The notes under the pieces were generated by a model that worked only from the letters and a program-made list of their open reading frames with translations, did not search any database and was not told the DNA's origin. 64,000 bases of DNA from Cirrosporium novae-zelandiae (lineage: Eukaryota): positions 744,001-808,000 of the forward strand of contig JAPETS010000007.1 of the NCBI GenBank assembly GCA_026023565.1, read 5' to 3'. Positions 59,601 to 64,000 of this stretch are shown in pieces (the stretch's first letter is position 1; each line of letters opens with the position of its first letter). A program made the position numbers and the translations under genes.

Positions 59601-59966
59601 TCCTCAAAATCCTCGCGAGACGAAATCCGCTGGACCGAGCTCCTCGACAAATTCAAGGCCACCCAAGAGCGTTCCCGTCGCGCAACCTCAGGCTCTCGCT
59701 TCCGATTGCCGGATATGCTAGACGGCGGTCCCGGCATCCCAGGTTTACCGCCTTTGAATGATGGCATTGGTGTAGGTGATAGCAAGGGGGGGAAGACAAA
59801 TGATGCGCCCGGGACAGAGACCAGGAGAGGAGGTGCTAGGCACTCGGGAGCTGGGGTGGGAACGCCTCAAAGTGGAACCGGCACGCCGGCCCATGGAAAG
59901 TCGAAGAGTTTATCACATTTTGGGCGATTGACTACAGGGATTGGGTCAAGACGGTCTAAAAGATGA
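56607..59966 (+). CDS. VAC14: Vacuole morphology and inheritance protein 14 (HEAT scaffold of the Fab1/Fig4 PI(3,5)P2 complex), multi-exon
   Basis: [100 protein letters not shown] and [10 protein letters not shown]. Confidence 0.95.
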
Positions 59967-60587
59967 GAACCATAAAGAGGTATTTTGGTGAAAAGTGGAA
60001 CCGTGCTGGTAATGCCAATACCCACTTTGGTCCATTCCGATAGGCTTTCTAAGGTAGGTGTTTATTGGTGTCGAAGAACCAAGAGGATTTCATTCATTTT
60101 GCTGAGATATGCGAAGATATTTATTTAATGGACATGTTTACATAGCAGCATGCATACATCTGTTGTTGTATCTTGTCTCCTGTGTTAAAGCGCCTGATGG
60201 AATCTATCCTAGTGGGACTCGGATTTGTGAAGCAAAGCGGAGGCGTTGTAACTTTTTCCCTCGATTTCATACGGAGCTATCGGGGTATATTTTGAGTATC
60301 CATATTCTAGTATTACAGACAATTAGTTTTGCGGTGGTTGATTACAGCTCGACATATGAACAAGTACCTACCAACCAGAAGAAATGGGCCGACTCCCCAA
60401 TTTTAGGCGCTATGTAGAAGACAAATCGTGGAAAGAGGGTTTTGGATTTATGTGTCATGTATTCTGTGTATTGTATGCATTGTAAAGTACCTAGCTCCAT
60501 TTTCACTTGGTTGATACAGAGTTTAGATTTGTTATAGACGAGCATTCGTTTATCTCATTCTTGAAGCGCTTGTCGGGTACACTCTAT

Positions 60588-61527
60588 TCATCTAATAAAA
60601 TAGCCCCCATCTACAACCATAGCCTGTCCTTGGACAAAAGACGCCTTCGTCGACGACAGAAACACCGCACAATCAGCTATCTCGGAAGCCTTTCCCAACC
60701 GCTTCATGGAGGTAGCTTCGACTACCGACTCTACCCACTCCAGGAACCCTTTATCATTTTTGATCATAGGCGTTTCGGTCAAACCTGGGCAGATGCAATT
60801 TACTCGAATGTTGTACTCTGAATAATCGATGGCATCTGCACGGGTCATCGATACCACGGCCGCTTTGGAGGCGCAATAGATGGCTATGAGAGAGATGAGA
60901 TTTTAATCCAGTCATTGGGTGGTAAAGGTGTCTATGCAACAAACGGGCACTCACGCGAACACGGCATTCCAATAAGCCCCAGAATACTCGCAATATTCAC
61001 AATACTTCCTCTCTGCGATGGCCTCTCGCAATCATGAGACGGTAAAGGCTCCTGCTTTAGCATAGCCCTCAACTCTGCTCTCGAAGACAACCAACAGCCT
61101 CGATAATTGACTCCATTAACCCGATCGAACTCGGACATGGAAGTGTCTGTTGATTTGTCACATGCTCCCAGTACCCCCGCACAGTTAACGCAGTAATCAA
61201 TTCGTCCGAACTCTGCAACCGTGCTCTCAATGAACGAGTCAACGAATTCTTCGGATGTAATGTCTCCTACGCGCATGTATACGGTGACGCTTGGGTGCTT
61301 TTTCTCGATTTCTTCTTTTGTGATTTTGAGGAGGGAGGAGTTGATGTCGGTTATGGCGATTCGTTGGCAGTTGGCGTCTGCGAATGCTCGAGCTATGCTG
61401 GCTCCTATGCCTATTTATACTCGATTAGTTTACCGCAGTGGAAGAGCCATTGAGGATATTTATATATACCCGTTCCAGCAGCACCGGTGATGACCGCCAC
61501 ACCCGGGAAAATTGTGTTTTCGGTCAT
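60588..61527 (-). CDS. Classical short-chain dehydrogenase/reductase, 3 exons
   Basis: VAVITGAAGT|GIGIG, GRIDYCVNCAG, SIVNIAS, catalytic YCASK, IRVNCICPG and VDGG. Confidence 0.92.
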
Positions 61528-63864
61528 GATAAGGTTGGAGATGATGAAAGTGGAAGCGGTAGGTTCTTTGCTTATAAGGTCCTTTGACATCGGCTCCATA
61601 TGCCTATCTGGACAGACTGATCTCACCAACAGTCAAGTGTGATTACGCCGTGTAACGTTATCCTAGACTTGTGCTACATGTACTATATACCTTACAGGCT
61701 AATGTTGTGTACAATATACAAATTCAGCTAGCACCAATTTGTATAAATAACAGATTTTCCCCATCTTTAGAGATCTTATTCTGCTGTGGTTACGCAAAGG
61801 ATTAATTATTCTACCCACTTATGAAATGATGTCATTTCTACTTGGGTATGTATAAAAAGTATTAATTTTCTACTGAGTCCCTTGGAGATATGGCTAGGAT
61901 ATGATGATATGATTGAAATAGAAACCATAGCGAACCTGTTTTGAGTTTTTTTCTTTTCTTTTCTTTTTTTCTTCTTCTTCTACTTTATTCTTGATGAAAT
62001 AAACTTAGGGCTTCCTAGTGTATTTTTTATTTTGATATGTATACATCCCTCCCTTGTTTATTCAATTAAAGCTCTGATGACCTCCATCCATAAAAATACA
62101 AAAGAAAAAGGAAACTTTTTATGTTTTAACTACCTTGGTTTTTTGGAGGGGTTTTTTCCCCTCCTATTTCAGTGCTATCATATGGGGACCTGGAAGTTAG
62201 AGTACTAGCTCTTGTTATATATCACAAAGCAAGCATCGTCGAAAAGGAGTACTTAGTTCCATCATGATCTTATTTATTGGGGCAACATAGCAGAATAGGA
62301 TTGTAGCTATCTATCTAAGATTCTTGAAGAAGGACGTATAACTAGACAACAAAATAATTGCAAAATAAAAATAAGTGAATAACTAATTACATTGTAACTA
62401 AGGCATAAGCCGTTTCATAACATAACTGATAGGACACCTTAATCCACGTGCCTATCTTTATGAAAGGCAACATTCATTTCCTCTCAAATTCCCTAACCTT
62501 GTTCACAAAATAATCCTTCTACCTAAAATATTCACTTACTGACAAACATCGAATATCCCACCCATCTTACTCACCTTACTCATTTATTCACGATGCAATA
62601 TATAATACGATACAAATCCCACCTAGCACCCATCATAATTCAATCTCCAGCTTTACACCCCTGCCCCCTCCCCTTACCCTTCCTACCTTTGTGCTTCAAG
62701 ATAATATTATTTCTTAGTTTCATTGTTTTCGTCGTTGAAGGATTATGCCATGGGCAGGCATGATAATAAATCATGACAGCTTTAGCTAGTCTCATTGAAA
62801 GTGGTAAATGTGATTGATTTTATTAAGGTCAGCTTTACCTGCACATAGATGATATGATAACCTTGGAGCGATGTCGAAAAAAGAATAACTTGCTAAAAAG
62901 AATCCTCGGACACTTTTAATTTATAATAGTCATTTTTTCACTTTCGCTCGGTACACGATTCAAGAGTTCTTGCCAATGTTAATCGCCTATACTTATCTCC
63001 AACTTCGAATTGTTTGTTATTTCGGCCTTTACTTTTTTTGCTTCGGCGAAGATGAACCGAGGGGAGGGGATAAATCCGTTTGAGTTATCTATAAGATTTG
63101 GGGGAAGCTTGAAAAGAAAAAGGGTGCTGCTTGGTTGAACACCGAACTTTATTGGATTTAATATCTCCTCTTGAATGCATGCGCATCGGCTCCCAACCCT
63201 CGGGGGACGGCATCTTTATTCGTCAATTTAATTTGGATGATTTTCTAGATGCAGCAATAAGTATATTTGCCGGACGATACGTACGAATTGCTAATACTTA
63301 TACAGTATAACTTCTTCGAAGAAAAAGATGACCTATTTGTATGCGGTCGCGTATATAGAATCAGCTGCGTAGCAGTATATTTCTACTGTGAGGTATAACC
63401 CAGAACTAAATAATATATAAAACGTAGAGCAAGAACATGCTTGGCTTGCATCATACTGCAAGAAGTATTTACAGGAACACTGATCTTTAAGTTGGTACTA
63501 GCAGGCTGAGTGCTGGTGAGTTGGTTATAACTGGCACTCCTCTTTTTAAGTTTGTGATATTTGAAGGAGATGGGAGCATTTAGGATTTAGGGAGTGATAA
63601 GGTGTTGGGATCACATTGAGCTGTTCGAGTCATGTTTCAAAAATTCAACCAATGAGGATACCTAATTGGGTTTGGAATATATCCGTGCAAAGTGGTATAG
63701 CTGAGTTTAAGCGTTATTGCCTTTGAACCTGAACGTCTGTTCCCTCAAATCTGTTCTATATAATGACCCCTCTTCCCCTAGTTTTGCTTGTTTTCTCAAT
63801 TCCTCATCGATAACAAATTTACCTTGACCCTACTTTATATTGCTATGTACTAGGAAACAATAAT

Positions 63865-64000
63865 ATGCCGAATATGGATAATACTATGATGATCCCGCTT
63901 CAACCGCTAAACTACTCCATATCTATGGCCGTGGCGACTGCTTCATCACATAACCCCCCATCGGTGGAAACACAACAAAATGTCGATACTCTTCCTCGTT
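63865..64000 (+). CDS. Possible 5' end of a gene running off the window
   Basis: ATG-initiated frame MPNMDNTMMIPLQPLNYSISMAVATASSHNPPSVETQQNVDTLPR is open to the edge and is preceded by an intron-acceptor-like CTAG at about 63853. Confidence 0.3.
   Translation, partial: MPNMDNTMMIPLQPLNYSISMAVATASSHNPPSVETQQNVDTLPR

Noticed and set aside
61630..63860. Search for snoRNA, riboswitch or transposon in the long AT-rich stretch
   Set aside because: No paired C/D boxes with a terminal stem, TPP aptamer core, TIR/LTR pair or transposase fragment could be supported.

Overview
AT-rich genomic DNA from a filamentous ascomycete (Pezizomycotina), judged from short GT-AG introns with CTRAC branch points, microsatellite-rich intergenic tracts and fungal gene families. 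About 17 intact intron-containing or single-exon genes can be built: a partial sugar porter, gamma-glutamyltranspeptidase, a pterin-4a-carbinolamine dehydratase-like gene, a DHA2-type MFS pump, a PL4 rhamnogalacturonan lyase, a PE-repeat orphan, an SHB17-like phosphatase, an unclassified secreted TIM-barrel hydrolase, a six-exon secreted HExxH+D metallopeptidase missed by the ORF track, a fungal AAA+ ATPase, a 3xCBM18/Ser-Thr-stalk surface protein, cystathionine gamma-synthase, UTP22, a bacterial-like secreted beta-helix protein, a GT90 glycosyltransferase, VAC14 and an SDR. There is also a dead, divergently arranged maltase/maltose-permease (MAL-type) pair and several unidentifiable decayed gene relics. 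I found no supportable rRNA, tRNA, CRISPR array or intact transposon. All calls come from manual reading and family recall, not database searches.
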